43,905 nucleotides of DNA from Pseudomonadota bacterium (GCA_018896355.1 JAHIMW010000115.1:1-43905), one strand, 5' to 3'; positions 25,049 through 33,592 are shown, counted from the first letter of the stretch. Made by a program: numbers and translations. Notes: generated from the letters alone by a model not told the origin.

Positions 25049-27607
25049 ATGGACATGATTCGGTTAACCATTGACGGAAAAGAGATCACCACCCGGGAGG
25101 GGAGAACCATCCTCGAAGCGGCCCGGGAGGGGGGCATCGACATCCCGACCCTCTGTTACCATGAGCAGCTTTCCCCAATCGCCTCCTGCCGCCTCTGCGT
25201 AGTCGATGTGGAAGGCTATGAGAAGCCGATGACCTCCTGCACGACGCCGGCGGTGGATGGTCTTTCCGTAACCTCACGATCTGAGGGGCTTTTGAAGATG
25301 AGGCGGGAAATCCTGAACCTCATCCTCACCGCTCACCCGCTGGATTGCCCCCAGTGCGACAAGGGTGGGGAATGTCGGGTCCAGGAGCTCGCCTATGAAC
25401 ACGGGATCGAGAAGGTTGAATACGCGGCCCTTCGGGAAGATAGAAAAGAGGGCTACGCCACGCCGCTGATCCGTTACTGGGAGCTCCGCTGCGTCCTCTG
25501 CGGAAGATGCGTCCAGGGCTGCCGGGAGGTGTCGGGAAGAGCGGCCATCGACATCAAGGGCAACGGTTTTGAGGCCCGAATCGCCCCGACGGAAAACGGC
25601 GACTGCATCTCCTGCGGCGAATGTCTCTCCCTCTGCCCGGTCGGCGCCCTGACGGAAGCGCTGAGCCCGGTCAAGGGGAGGGTCTGGCAGAGTGAAAGAA
25701 CCGATACCGCCTGCCCCCATTGCGGCTTCGGATGCCGGCTGACGCTGAACGTTTTGGACGGGAAAATCATCAGCAAGGTGATCAGTGAGACGAACCTCCC
25801 GCCCAACAACACTTCACTCTGCATCCGCGGGCGTTTCGGCTATGATTTTGCGAACCACGAGGCAAGGTTGACTGAACCCTTTCAACGAATCGATGGCGAG
25901 ATAAAGAAACTCGAACGGGAAGCGGCGCTGAATATAACTGTGGAAAATCTTCAGCGGATCTCCGCCGAGGGCAAGGGGATCGGGTTTATCGTCTCGCCCC
26001 GGGCAACCAACGAAGAGATCTTCCTGATCTCCCGGATTGCGGCGCACTTCGAGAATGGCCGCGTTGCCTCCGCCGCCGCCTACCATACGGGGAAAGTGGC
26101 CTCCGCCTTCCGCCGGATGGGGATAAATCCCGGTTATCATTACGAAACGATCCGCACCTGCAAAACTATCATTGTCGCCGGCGCCGATCTGCTGATCAAC
26201 AATCATCTGCTGGCCAACAAGGTCAGGGAGGCCGTAAGATTCAACGGCTCCAGGGTGATCGTCGTTGACCCCCTCCCCAGTGCGCTGTCCGGCATCGCCG
26301 ACGCCTATTTGAAGATTGCGCCCGGGCAGGACGCCCTGGTTTTCAACGCGCTCTCCCGAAGGCTGCTCTTAGACGGCAAGTACGACAAGGATGCGGAAAC
26401 ATTGGAGGGTTTTGTTGAATTGAGGCAGTCCCTCACGACAGCCGATGAAGAGACCCCGCCGCTTTCGACCGGCGTCGAAGCGGCGATGCTGGACAAGGCC
26501 TATGGTCTGATCCGGGATGAAGGGGATACCGGGGTTATTTTTGCCTCCGGCATCACGACCAGTGAAGAAAGCCTCGCAGCGCTTCTGAATTTCTGCCTCC
26601 TGAAAGGTCTGCACAAGCGGGGGATGATCATGCCGGCCGCCCTCCAGTCCAATGCCGTGGGTGCGGTTGCGATCCTGAAGGAGCTGGCCTCGCCCGATGA
26701 GCTTATCCGCGATTCCGAGATCTCCGGACTTTTCATCTACGAAGATGACCCGTTCCATTACCTGAACGGAGAGTTGGTCAAAAAGGGCTTAAGTCAAAAG
26801 GCGTTCATCGCGGTGTGCGATCTGCTGCCGACGGCCGTGATGGATTTTGCCGGTCTGGTCCTGCCCTCCGCCAGTTTTGCCGAGAAGGAAGGCACCTTCA
26901 TCTCCGGTGACGGCAGCGTGAGGGCCGTCAAGAAGGCTTGCAGCGGAAAGGCGGCGGGATACGAATTTCTGAATGAACTCTTCAGCCGTCTCGGAGGAAA
27001 ACGATACAGCAACCCGGCGGAGATCACCGATGAAATCCAGGGCCTGGGCCTCCTCAAAGAAGAGGGCGACGCGAAAGAGCCGGGGATCGGCAAGGCAAGG
27101 TTTGCGGCATCCGGGGACATCTTGCCGCAAGGTGTCCCCCCTAACATCATGATGCCTCATCGTGTCCCCTCCCACGCAAAGGATGCGCATGCAGAGACCG
27201 GAAAATACCGGCTGATCCTCCGCGACCTCTTCATGAACCACCACCTCTGGGGACATGATGCCGCAGCATCAAGTGCTAAGTGCAGGGTGCTGAGTGCTGA
27301 GTTTTTTTCTTCTCAGTCCTCAGCACTCAGTCCTCAGCACTCAGTCCTGTATCCCCCAAAGGATCGGCTTTTCATATCCCCTGAAGATGCCGCGCTCCTC
27401 CAGATCGCCGATGGGGAGAGTCTTTGCATCGAAAGCGCCGACGGCGCCGTTACCAGGCCGGTTACGATCAAGGCGGGAGTGAAAACGGGTGTTCTGGAGT
27501 GCGTTCTCGGGGACACCTTGCGACAAGGTGTCCCCATACGGAGCGAAATACTTGCGCTTTCGTTGCGGCCGTCCAAGGTGATTGCGGTATCCGCTCGGAA
27601 GGTTTAA
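25049..27607 (+). CDS. nuoG: NuoG/SfrA-like Fe-S subunit with a catalytically silent molybdopterin-oxidoreductase-like domain
   Basis: 852 aa. 2Fe-2S domain (CYHEQLSPIASCRLCVV...MTSC), HPLDCPQCDKGGEC, CISCGECLSLCPVGAL, and CPHCGFGCRL...LCIRGRFG. The position that holds Cys/Sec in formate dehydrogenases reads AAAYHTGKVA. The C-terminal barrel domain is LFISPEDAALLQIADGESLCIES. Confidence 0.85.
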   Translation: MDMIRLTIDGKEITTREGRTILEAAREGGIDIPTLCYHEQLSPIASCRLCVVDVEGYEKPMTSCTTPAVDGLSVTSRSEGLLKMRREILNLILTAHPLDCPQCDKGGECRVQELAYEHGIEKVEYAALREDRKEGYATPLIRYWELRCVLCGRCVQGCREVSGRAAIDIKGNGFEARIAPTENGDCISCGECLSLCPVGALTEALSPVKGRVWQSERTDTACPHCGFGCRLTLNVLDGKIISKVISETNLPPNNTSLCIRGRFGYDFANHEARLTEPFQRIDGEIKKLEREAALNITVENLQRISAEGKGIGFIVSPRATNEEIFLISRIAAHFENGRVASAAAYHTGKVASAFRRMGINPGYHYETIRTCKTIIVAGADLLINNHLLANKVREAVRFNGSRVIVVDPLPSALSGIADAYLKIAPGQDALVFNALSRRLLLDGKYDKDAETLEGFVELRQSLTTADEETPPLSTGVEAAMLDKAYGLIRDEGDTGVIFASGITTSEESLAALLNFCLLKGLHKRGMIMPAALQSNAVGAVAILKELASPDELIRDSEISGLFIYEDDPFHYLNGELVKKGLSQKAFIAVCDLLPTAVMDFAGLVLPSASFAEKEGTFISGDGSVRAVKKACSGKAAGYEFLNELFSRLGGKRYSNPAEITDEIQGLGLLKEEGDAKEPGIGKARFAASGDILPQGVPPNIMMPHRVPSHAKDAHAETGKYRLILRDLFMNHHLWGHDAAASSAKCRVLSAEFFSSQSSALSPQHSVLYPPKDRLFISPEDAALLQIADGESLCIESADGAVTRPVTIKAGVKTGVLECVLGDTLRQGVPIRSEILALSLRPSKVIAVSARKV
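27272..27349 (+). repeat. Heptanucleotide-repeat hairpin inserted in frame inside the nuoG-like CDS
   Basis: Left arm: AGTGCTA AGTGCAG GGTGCTG AGTGCTG AG. Then T7 (27302-27308). Right arm: CTTCTCA GTCCTCA GCACTCA GTCCTCA GCACTCA GTCCTG. CTGAGTGCTGAG (27290-27301) is perfectly complementary to CTCAGCACTCAG at both 27319-27330 and 27333-27344. The element is 78 nt = 26 codons with no stop. Confidence 0.75.
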
Positions 27608-27634
27608 CTTTAACGGGTCGTTTAAGGTTTTGAT

Positions 27635-28621
27635 ATGGAACTGTACTACTATATCCTGGAAGTGGTCCTGAAAAATCTGGTCGTCATTTCGATCCTGATG
27701 CTCTTTGTCGCCTATCTCACCCTCGCGGAAAGGAAATTCCTGGGCTACCTCCAGGTCCGACTGGGACCAAACCGGGTGGGAACCTGGGGATTGCTCCAGC
27801 CCATTGCGGACGGGATAAAATCCTTTGTCAAAGAAGACATCATTCCGATCAACGCCGACAAGCCCGTTTATGTGATCGCCCCGATAATCTCGTTTGTCGC
27901 CGCCCTTTCGATGTTTGCCGTCATTCCGTTTGGCGACAGCGTCACCCTCTTCGGGCGGGAGATCAAACTGGTCATCGCGGATGTGGATATCGGGATCCTC
28001 TACATCTTCGCCATGGGTACCCTCGGGGAATACGGCATAGTCCTGGGAGGCTGGTCATCGGGCAACAAATACGCCATCCTGGGGTCGCTCCGGGCGGCGG
28101 CGCAGATGATCAGTTACGAGGTCGCGCTGGGACTCATCGTGATCGGAACGATTATTCTTTCCGGCTCCCTGCGCCTGACCGAAATTGTCGAAGCCCAGAG
28201 GGATTGCTGGTTTATCGTCTATCAACCCTTTGCCTTTCTTTTATACATTGTGGCGGCCCTGGCCGAGCTCAACCGGACGCCCTTCGACATGCCTGAATCG
28301 GAAAGCGAGCTCGCCTCCGGATTCAACATCGAGTACAGCAGCATGAAGTTCGCACTTTTCATGATTGCCGAGTATATCCATCTGGTCACGGTGGCCGCCC
28401 TGACCACGACGCTGTTTCTGGGCGGCTGGCTGGGGCCGGTTTTGCCCGGACCGGTGTGGTTTATCCTGAAAACGTGCCTGATCATCTTCATCTTCATCTG
28501 GGTCCGAGGCACCTACCCGCGGATGCGTTACGACCACATCATGAAATTCGGGTGGAAGTTCCTCTTTCCGGCGGCGCTCGCCAATGTGGTGATCACCGCC
28601 TTTATTGTGGCGCTGAGATAG
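27635..28621 (+). CDS. nuoH: NADH-quinone oxidoreductase subunit H
   Basis: 328 aa. Motifs: LAERKFLGYLQVRLGPNRVG and LAELNRTPFDMPESESEL. Confidence 0.95.
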   Translation: MELYYYILEVVLKNLVVISILMLFVAYLTLAERKFLGYLQVRLGPNRVGTWGLLQPIADGIKSFVKEDIIPINADKPVYVIAPIISFVAALSMFAVIPFGDSVTLFGREIKLVIADVDIGILYIFAMGTLGEYGIVLGGWSSGNKYAILGSLRAAAQMISYEVALGLIVIGTIILSGSLRLTEIVEAQRDCWFIVYQPFAFLLYIVAALAELNRTPFDMPESESELASGFNIEYSSMKFALFMIAEYIHLVTVAALTTTLFLGGWLGPVLPGPVWFILKTCLIIFIFIWVRGTYPRMRYDHIMKFGWKFLFPAALANVVITAFIVALR

Positions 28622-28631
28622 AGAGGCTTTT

Positions 28632-29036
28632 ATGATACTCCCTCTGCTGAAAGGGCTGAAACTGACGTTGAAGATGTTTTTTTCCAAACCGGTTACCATA
28701 CGGTATCCGGAAGAAAAAAGGGCGATATCCCCCCGCTGGCGGGGAATGCATTACTTTGAAAAAAACGGGACGGGCGAGACCGCCTGCGTGGCCTGCGGGT
28801 TATGCGTGGCCGTCTGTCCTTCGCACTGCATCACGCTGGAAATCCGGGAGCGGGAAGACGGTTCCCGCTATCCCGGAAGATATGAAATCGACGCCCTCCG
28901 ATGCATCTTCTGCGGCTTCTGCCAGGAGGCCTGTCCGGTCAACGCGATCAAATTGGGACAGAACTACGAGTACGTTCATTACGCAAGGAAAGATTTCCTG
29001 CTGACGAAGGAAAGCCTGCTTTCGGCCAAAGGATGA
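28632..29036 (+). CDS. nuoI: NADH-quinone oxidoreductase subunit I
   Basis: 134 aa with two ferredoxin motifs, CVACGLCVAVCP and CIFCGFCQEACP. Confidence 0.95.
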   Translation: MILPLLKGLKLTLKMFFSKPVTIRYPEEKRAISPRWRGMHYFEKNGTGETACVACGLCVAVCPSHCITLEIREREDGSRYPGRYEIDALRCIFCGFCQEACPVNAIKLGQNYEYVHYARKDFLLTKESLLSAKG

Positions 29037-29040
29037 AAAG

Positions 29041-29577
29041 ATGGATGCGATAGGATTCAAGTTCATACTGTTCATGATTACGGCGCTCGTGGTCATCGTC
29101 TCTTCGGTACTGATGGCAACCCGGAAAAATCCCATTCACAGCGCACTGTGGATGATCGTCACCTTCTTTGCGATGGCCGTCATTTATCTGCTGCTCAACG
29201 CCCAGTTCATCGCGGTGGCCCAGGTCATGGTCTATGCCGGCGCCATCATGATGCTGATTCTCTTCGTCATCATGATGGTCAACATGGACAAGACTCAGGA
29301 GGGGGAGACAACCAGGGAAACCTGGTCATTCGGCAAAAAGATGGCCGCGGCACTGCTGATGGTCATCCTGCTCGTCGAATTGCTCTTCGGCGCGCTGTTT
29401 TACCGGATGACGGCAAAGGTGGGCGATTATCCGGCCGATGCGGTCGCCGCTGCGGGGAATGCCAAAACGATGGGAGCAATGCTGTACGGACAGTATCTCT
29501 TTCCGTTCGAGATTGCATCGATCCTGCTTTTGATCGGTATTGTGGGCGCCGTCGTCATTGCCAAAAAGAACAAATGA
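29041..29577 (+). CDS. nuoJ: NADH-quinone oxidoreductase subunit J
   Basis: 178 aa, polytopic. Motifs: NPIHSALWMIVTFF and VMVYAGAIMMLILFVIMM. Confidence 0.9.
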   Translation: MDAIGFKFILFMITALVVIVSSVLMATRKNPIHSALWMIVTFFAMAVIYLLLNAQFIAVAQVMVYAGAIMMLILFVIMMVNMDKTQEGETTRETWSFGKKMAAALLMVILLVELLFGALFYRMTAKVGDYPADAVAAAGNAKTMGAMLYGQYLFPFEIASILLLIGIVGAVVIAKKNK

Positions 29578-29607
29578 CGGCGTGGTCGTCATCAACAGGA
29601 GAAAGAT

Positions 29608-29919
29608 ATGTTTCAGGAAATCCCTCCCGGCTTGTGTTTGGTATTGAGCGGCATCCTTTTTTCGATCGGGGCGATCGGTGCAATCACCCGAAGAAATGTG
29701 ATCGTCATCTTCATGTGCATCGAACTCATGCTGAACGCGGTTAATCTGGCATTCATCGCCTCCGGCAACGCATTCTCCTCGATGGACGGAGCGGTGTTCG
29801 TTTTTTTCATCATGACCGTCGCCGCCGTGGAGGCCGCGGTCGGTCTGGCCATTTTTGTGATGGTCTACCGGCTTCAGGGAACGGTCAACGCCGATGAAGT
29901 CAACCTGCTGAGAGGCTGA
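29608..29919 (+). CDS. nuoK: NADH-quinone oxidoreductase subunit K
   Basis: 103 aa with three TM helices. Motifs: CIELMLNAVNLAF and VAAVEAAVGLAI. Confidence 0.9.
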   Translation: MFQEIPPGLCLVLSGILFSIGAIGAITRRNVIVIFMCIELMLNAVNLAFIASGNAFSSMDGAVFVFFIMTVAAVEAAVGLAIFVMVYRLQGTVNADEVNLLRG

Positions 29920-29943
29920 AAAAAAGAATGAGGAAGTACATCC

Positions 29944-31926
29944 ATGGCTGAATTCATCTGGCTGATACCCTTTTTCCCGGCATTGGGATTCATCATCAAC
30001 ACCTCCCTCGGAAGTCGAACCTCGCGGAGCTTCGTTTCCTGGGTCGCCTGCCTCGCAATCTTTTTCTCCTTTCTGGCATCCCTCGCCGTTTTTCTACAGT
30101 TTCTGGAGATGCCGGCGGCGGCCAGGATCTTCGAAACCGACCTCTACAACTGGATCGCCTCGGGCGAATTTCGTGTGCCGATCGGTTTTAGGCTCGACAC
30201 CCTTTCGGTGATCATGTGCCTTGTGGTCACCGGGGTGGGTTTTCTGATCCACGTCTACTCCATCGGGTATATGCACGATGATCCCGGATTCAAGCGATTT
30301 TTCATCTACATGAACCTCTTCGTCTTCATGATGCTTCTTCTGGTGACGGGGAACAACCTGCTCTTGATGTTCGTCGGGTGGGAAGGCGTCGGCCTCTGTT
30401 CCTATCTGCTGATCGGCTTCTGGTATGAAAAGGATTCGGCGTCAACCGCCGGTAAAAAAGCCTTTATTGTCAACAGAATCGGAGACTTCGGTTTCCTGTT
30501 GGGCATCTTTCTGTTATTTGTCAGTCTGGGTGCCGAGGGGGTCTGGACGCTCAATTTCGGGGAGATACAGAATAGCGCCCATCTGCTGAACGGCAACGCC
30601 GTGACGCTGATCACGCTGCTGTTTTTTGTCGGGGCCGTCGGAAAATCGGCACAGATCCCCCTTTACGTCTGGCTGCCCGACGCGATGGAAGGTCCGACGC
30701 CGGTAAGCTCGCTGATCCATGCGGCGACCATGGTCACGGCAGGCGTCTACATGATCGCCCGGCTGAATTTTCTCTACAGCATGGCGCCGGAAACGATGAT
30801 CATTGTCGCGCTGATCGGCTTATTGACGGCATTTTTCGCCGCCTCGATCGGTTTCGCCCAGTACGACATCAAGAAGGTGCTCGCCTATTCCACGATCAGC
30901 CAGTTGGGCTTCATGTTCGTGGCGATGGGTGTGGGCGCCTATGCGGCGGGCATTTTCCATCTGATGACCCACGCCTTTTTCAAGGGCCTCCTCTTTTTGG
31001 GGGCGGGAAGCGTAATGCACGCGATGAGCGGGGAGTTGGACCTTCGAAACATGGGGGGATTGAGAAAGAAGATCCCCGTCACCTACTGGACCTTTTTTAT
31101 CGCCTGCCTGGCCATTTCCGGGATACCCGGTTTGTCAGGTTTCTTCAGCAAGGACGAGATCCTCTGGAAGGCCTTCAGCACCGGCCATACGCTGATCTGG
31201 CTGCTGGCCGCCGTAACGGCAGGCATGACCGCCTTCTACATGTTCCGGCTTTTCTTCACCATCTTTCACGGGGAGTGTCGCGCCTCCGCGGAAGTCAAAC
31301 ATCATATCCACGAATCCCCCAAGGTCATGACCATCCCGCTTACGATCCTGGCCTTTTTATCCCTTGTCGGCGGTTACGTGGGCATTCCCGCTCTACTCGG
31401 AGGAAATAACGCGATCGAACACTTTCTGGCGCCGATTTTCGGTCCGGCTGCTCCTGCTTCAACCACGGCGGGCGGTTTTGACCTGATCCCTGCGGCCTGG
31501 GCCTCCACAACGGCCGCGGCGGGCCACGATACCTCACTGGAAATGACCCTGATGGTCGCCTCCGTAATGATTGCCCTTTTCGGAATCACACTGGCCTTCA
31601 TCCTCTACGTCAAGCGGCCTGAACTTCCGGGACGTTTTGCGGCAGCCTTCTCGCGACTCTACCGCACCGTCAACAACAAGTATTTCGTCGATGAGTTTTA
31701 TGAGATGCTCTTTGTCCGGGGCACCCTGAAGGCGGGCGCCTTGCTCCTCAAGGTGGTGGACAACGGCATGATCGAAGGCGCCGTCAACGGCCTGGCCGTC
31801 GTTGTGGAACGGGCGGGCGGACGATTAAGAAGGCTGGAGACCGGTTACGTTCAGGAATATGCACTCGCCATCATCCTCGGCGCGGTGATCGTGATCGGCT
31901 ATCTTGTCGTAATACCGATGTTTTAG
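29944..31926 (+). CDS. nuoL: NADH-quinone oxidoreductase subunit L
   Basis: 660 aa antiporter-like subunit. Motifs: FVGWEGVGLCSYLLIGFW and KSAQIPLYVWLPDAMEGPTPVSSLIHAATMV. A C-terminal lateral-helix region is present. Confidence 0.95.
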   Translation: MAEFIWLIPFFPALGFIINTSLGSRTSRSFVSWVACLAIFFSFLASLAVFLQFLEMPAAARIFETDLYNWIASGEFRVPIGFRLDTLSVIMCLVVTGVGFLIHVYSIGYMHDDPGFKRFFIYMNLFVFMMLLLVTGNNLLLMFVGWEGVGLCSYLLIGFWYEKDSASTAGKKAFIVNRIGDFGFLLGIFLLFVSLGAEGVWTLNFGEIQNSAHLLNGNAVTLITLLFFVGAVGKSAQIPLYVWLPDAMEGPTPVSSLIHAATMVTAGVYMIARLNFLYSMAPETMIIVALIGLLTAFFAASIGFAQYDIKKVLAYSTISQLGFMFVAMGVGAYAAGIFHLMTHAFFKGLLFLGAGSVMHAMSGELDLRNMGGLRKKIPVTYWTFFIACLAISGIPGLSGFFSKDEILWKAFSTGHTLIWLLAAVTAGMTAFYMFRLFFTIFHGECRASAEVKHHIHESPKVMTIPLTILAFLSLVGGYVGIPALLGGNNAIEHFLAPIFGPAAPASTTAGGFDLIPAAWASTTAAAGHDTSLEMTLMVASVMIALFGITLAFILYVKRPELPGRFAAAFSRLYRTVNNKYFVDEFYEMLFVRGTLKAGALLLKVVDNGMIEGAVNGLAVVVERAGGRLRRLETGYVQEYALAIILGAVIVIGYLVVIPMF

Positions 31927-31932
31927 AAGAAT

Positions 31933-32044
31933 GTGAGGTGTGAAGGGTGAGGCGTGAAGAGTTGAGAGTTATGGGTGAAGTGTTCAATGTAAGGCGAGAA
32001 GTGCGAGGTGAAAGACACTCCTCACCCCTTACTCCTCACTCTTT
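31933..32044 (+). repeat. Array of 12 GTG-phased heptamers followed by about 4 inverted heptamers, in the nuoL-nuoM spacer
   Basis: Direct units: GTGAGGT GTGAAGG GTGAGGC GTGAAGA GTTGAGA GTTATGG GTGAAGT GTTCAAT GTAAGGC GAGAAGT GCGAGGT GAAAGAC. Inverted units: ACTCCTC ACCCCTT ACTCCTC ACTCTTT. GGTGAGG at 31945-31951 is complementary to CCTCACC at 32021-32027. The spacer is 136 nt, against 4-30 nt elsewhere in the operon. Confidence 0.75.
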
Positions 32045-32062
32045 TTGATAATGGATCGGTGA

Positions 32063-33592
32063 ATGAACATGGTATTCCCTCTGTTAAGCGCAATTATTTT
32101 TTTACCCCTGGCCGCTGCGTTTGTTTTGATACTGCTGCCGCGGAAAAACACCCTGCTGACAAAGGTTTTTACGCTCGTCTGGACGATTCTGGAATTTGGC
32201 CTCTCCCTCCCGCTGTTCTTCAATTTTAATGAAAAAACGGCGGGGATGCAGTTTATGGAAAACCTCGACTGGTTTCCCGAATTCGGCATCGGCTACACCC
32301 TCGGCGTGGACGGCATCAGCATGCTGCTGGTGCTCTTGACGACCTTCCTCACCGTGCTGTGCGTGCTCTGTTCCTGGAACGCGATCACGGACAAGGTAAA
32401 GGAATACTATGCGTCGTTCCTGCTGCTGGAAACGGCCATGCTGGGCGCCCTCTGCGCGCTGGATCTCGTCCTCTTTTACATCTTCTGGGAGCTGATGCTG
32501 GTTCCGATGTACCTGCTGATCGGCGTCTGGGGCGGCCCGCGCCGGATCTATGCGGCCATCAAGTTTTTTCTCTTTACCATGGTGGGCAGCGTCCTGATGC
32601 TGCTGGCGATCATGGCCCTCTATTTCCACTACGGCCGCGATACGGGCATCTATACCTTCAATCTGCTGGAACTCTACAAGGCGAGCATCCCCGTCGTGAA
32701 GCAATACTGGCTCTTTGCCGCCTTTGCGCTCTCCTTCGCGATCAAGGTGCCGATGTTCCCCTTTCATACGTGGTTGCCCGACGCCCATACGGAGGCGCCC
32801 ACGGCGGGCAGCGTCATTCTGGCCGGCGTCTTGCTGAAAATGGGGACTTATGGATTCCTGAGGTTTGCCATCCCCCTCTTCCCGCAGGCCGCCTTTGCCG
32901 CGGCGCCGATCATCTCCATTCTCGCACTGATCGGGATCATCTACGGCGCCATCATGTGCATCATGCAGACGGACCTGAAACGGCTGATCGCCTACTCATC
33001 GGTCAGCCACCTGGGGTATGTGATGCTCGGCATCTTTGCGTTCAACATGCAGGGGCTGGAAGGGGGCATCTACCAGATGCTCAATCACGGCATCAGCACG
33101 GGGGGGCTGTTCCTCATTGTCGGCATGATCTATGAGAGACGGCACACGCGGATGATCGCCGACTTCGGAGGTCTTTCCAAGGTGATGCCGAAGCTGGCCG
33201 TTTTTTTCATGATCATCACACTCTCCTCGATCGCGTTGCCCGGCACTAACGGCTTCGTGGGAGAATTTCTGATCCTGCTCGGCGCCTTCCGAAGCAACGT
33301 CGCTTATGGAGTGCTGGCCGCCTCCGGCGTCATTCTGGGCGCGGTGTACATGCTGTGGATGTTCCAGCGCGTGATGTTCGGACAGATTACGAATGAGGAA
33401 AACAGAGGTTTAAAAGACGTTACAAAAAGGGAAACGGTCATCCTTTGCGCGATTGTCTTTTTCATATTTTTCATGGGACTCTACTCCCAGGCTTTTTTCC
33501 GAAAGATGGACGCAACGGCCGCAGGCTATCTCCAAAACATGCAGACGAAAATTGCGAGCAGCAATCCGGCGGGACCGGTTCCGTGGAGATGA
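32063..33592 (+). CDS. nuoM: NADH-quinone oxidoreductase subunit M
   Basis: 509 aa. Motifs: FAIKVPMFPFHTWLPDAHTEAPTAGSVILAGVLLKMG. Confidence 0.95.
   Translation: MNMVFPLLSAIIFLPLAAAFVLILLPRKNTLLTKVFTLVWTILEFGLSLPLFFNFNEKTAGMQFMENLDWFPEFGIGYTLGVDGISMLLVLLTTFLTVLCVLCSWNAITDKVKEYYASFLLLETAMLGALCALDLVLFYIFWELMLVPMYLLIGVWGGPRRIYAAIKFFLFTMVGSVLMLLAIMALYFHYGRDTGIYTFNLLELYKASIPVVKQYWLFAAFALSFAIKVPMFPFHTWLPDAHTEAPTAGSVILAGVLLKMGTYGFLRFAIPLFPQAAFAAAPIISILALIGIIYGAIMCIMQTDLKRLIAYSSVSHLGYVMLGIFAFNMQGLEGGIYQMLNHGISTGGLFLIVGMIYERRHTRMIADFGGLSKVMPKLAVFFMIITLSSIALPGTNGFVGEFLILLGAFRSNVAYGVLAASGVILGAVYMLWMFQRVMFGQITNEENRGLKDVTKRETVILCAIVFFIFFMGLYSQAFFRKMDATAAGYLQNMQTKIASSNPAGPVPWR

Noticed and set aside
25049-27607. 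Formate dehydrogenase alpha subunit instead of a NuoG-like subunit
   Set aside because: The active-site position that carries Cys/Sec followed by His in FDH-type enzymes reads AAAYHTGKVA. The N-terminal 2Fe-2S plus His-ligated 4Fe-4S layout and the position between nuoD and nuoH fit a NuoG/SfrA-like protein.
31933-32044. CRISPR or coding explanation for the heptamer array, including track ORF 32008..32229
   Set aside because: The period is 7 nt with no spacers, so it is not CRISPR. The ORF starts inside the repeat, lacks an SD, and runs out of frame into nuoM, whose own start at 32063 is clear.
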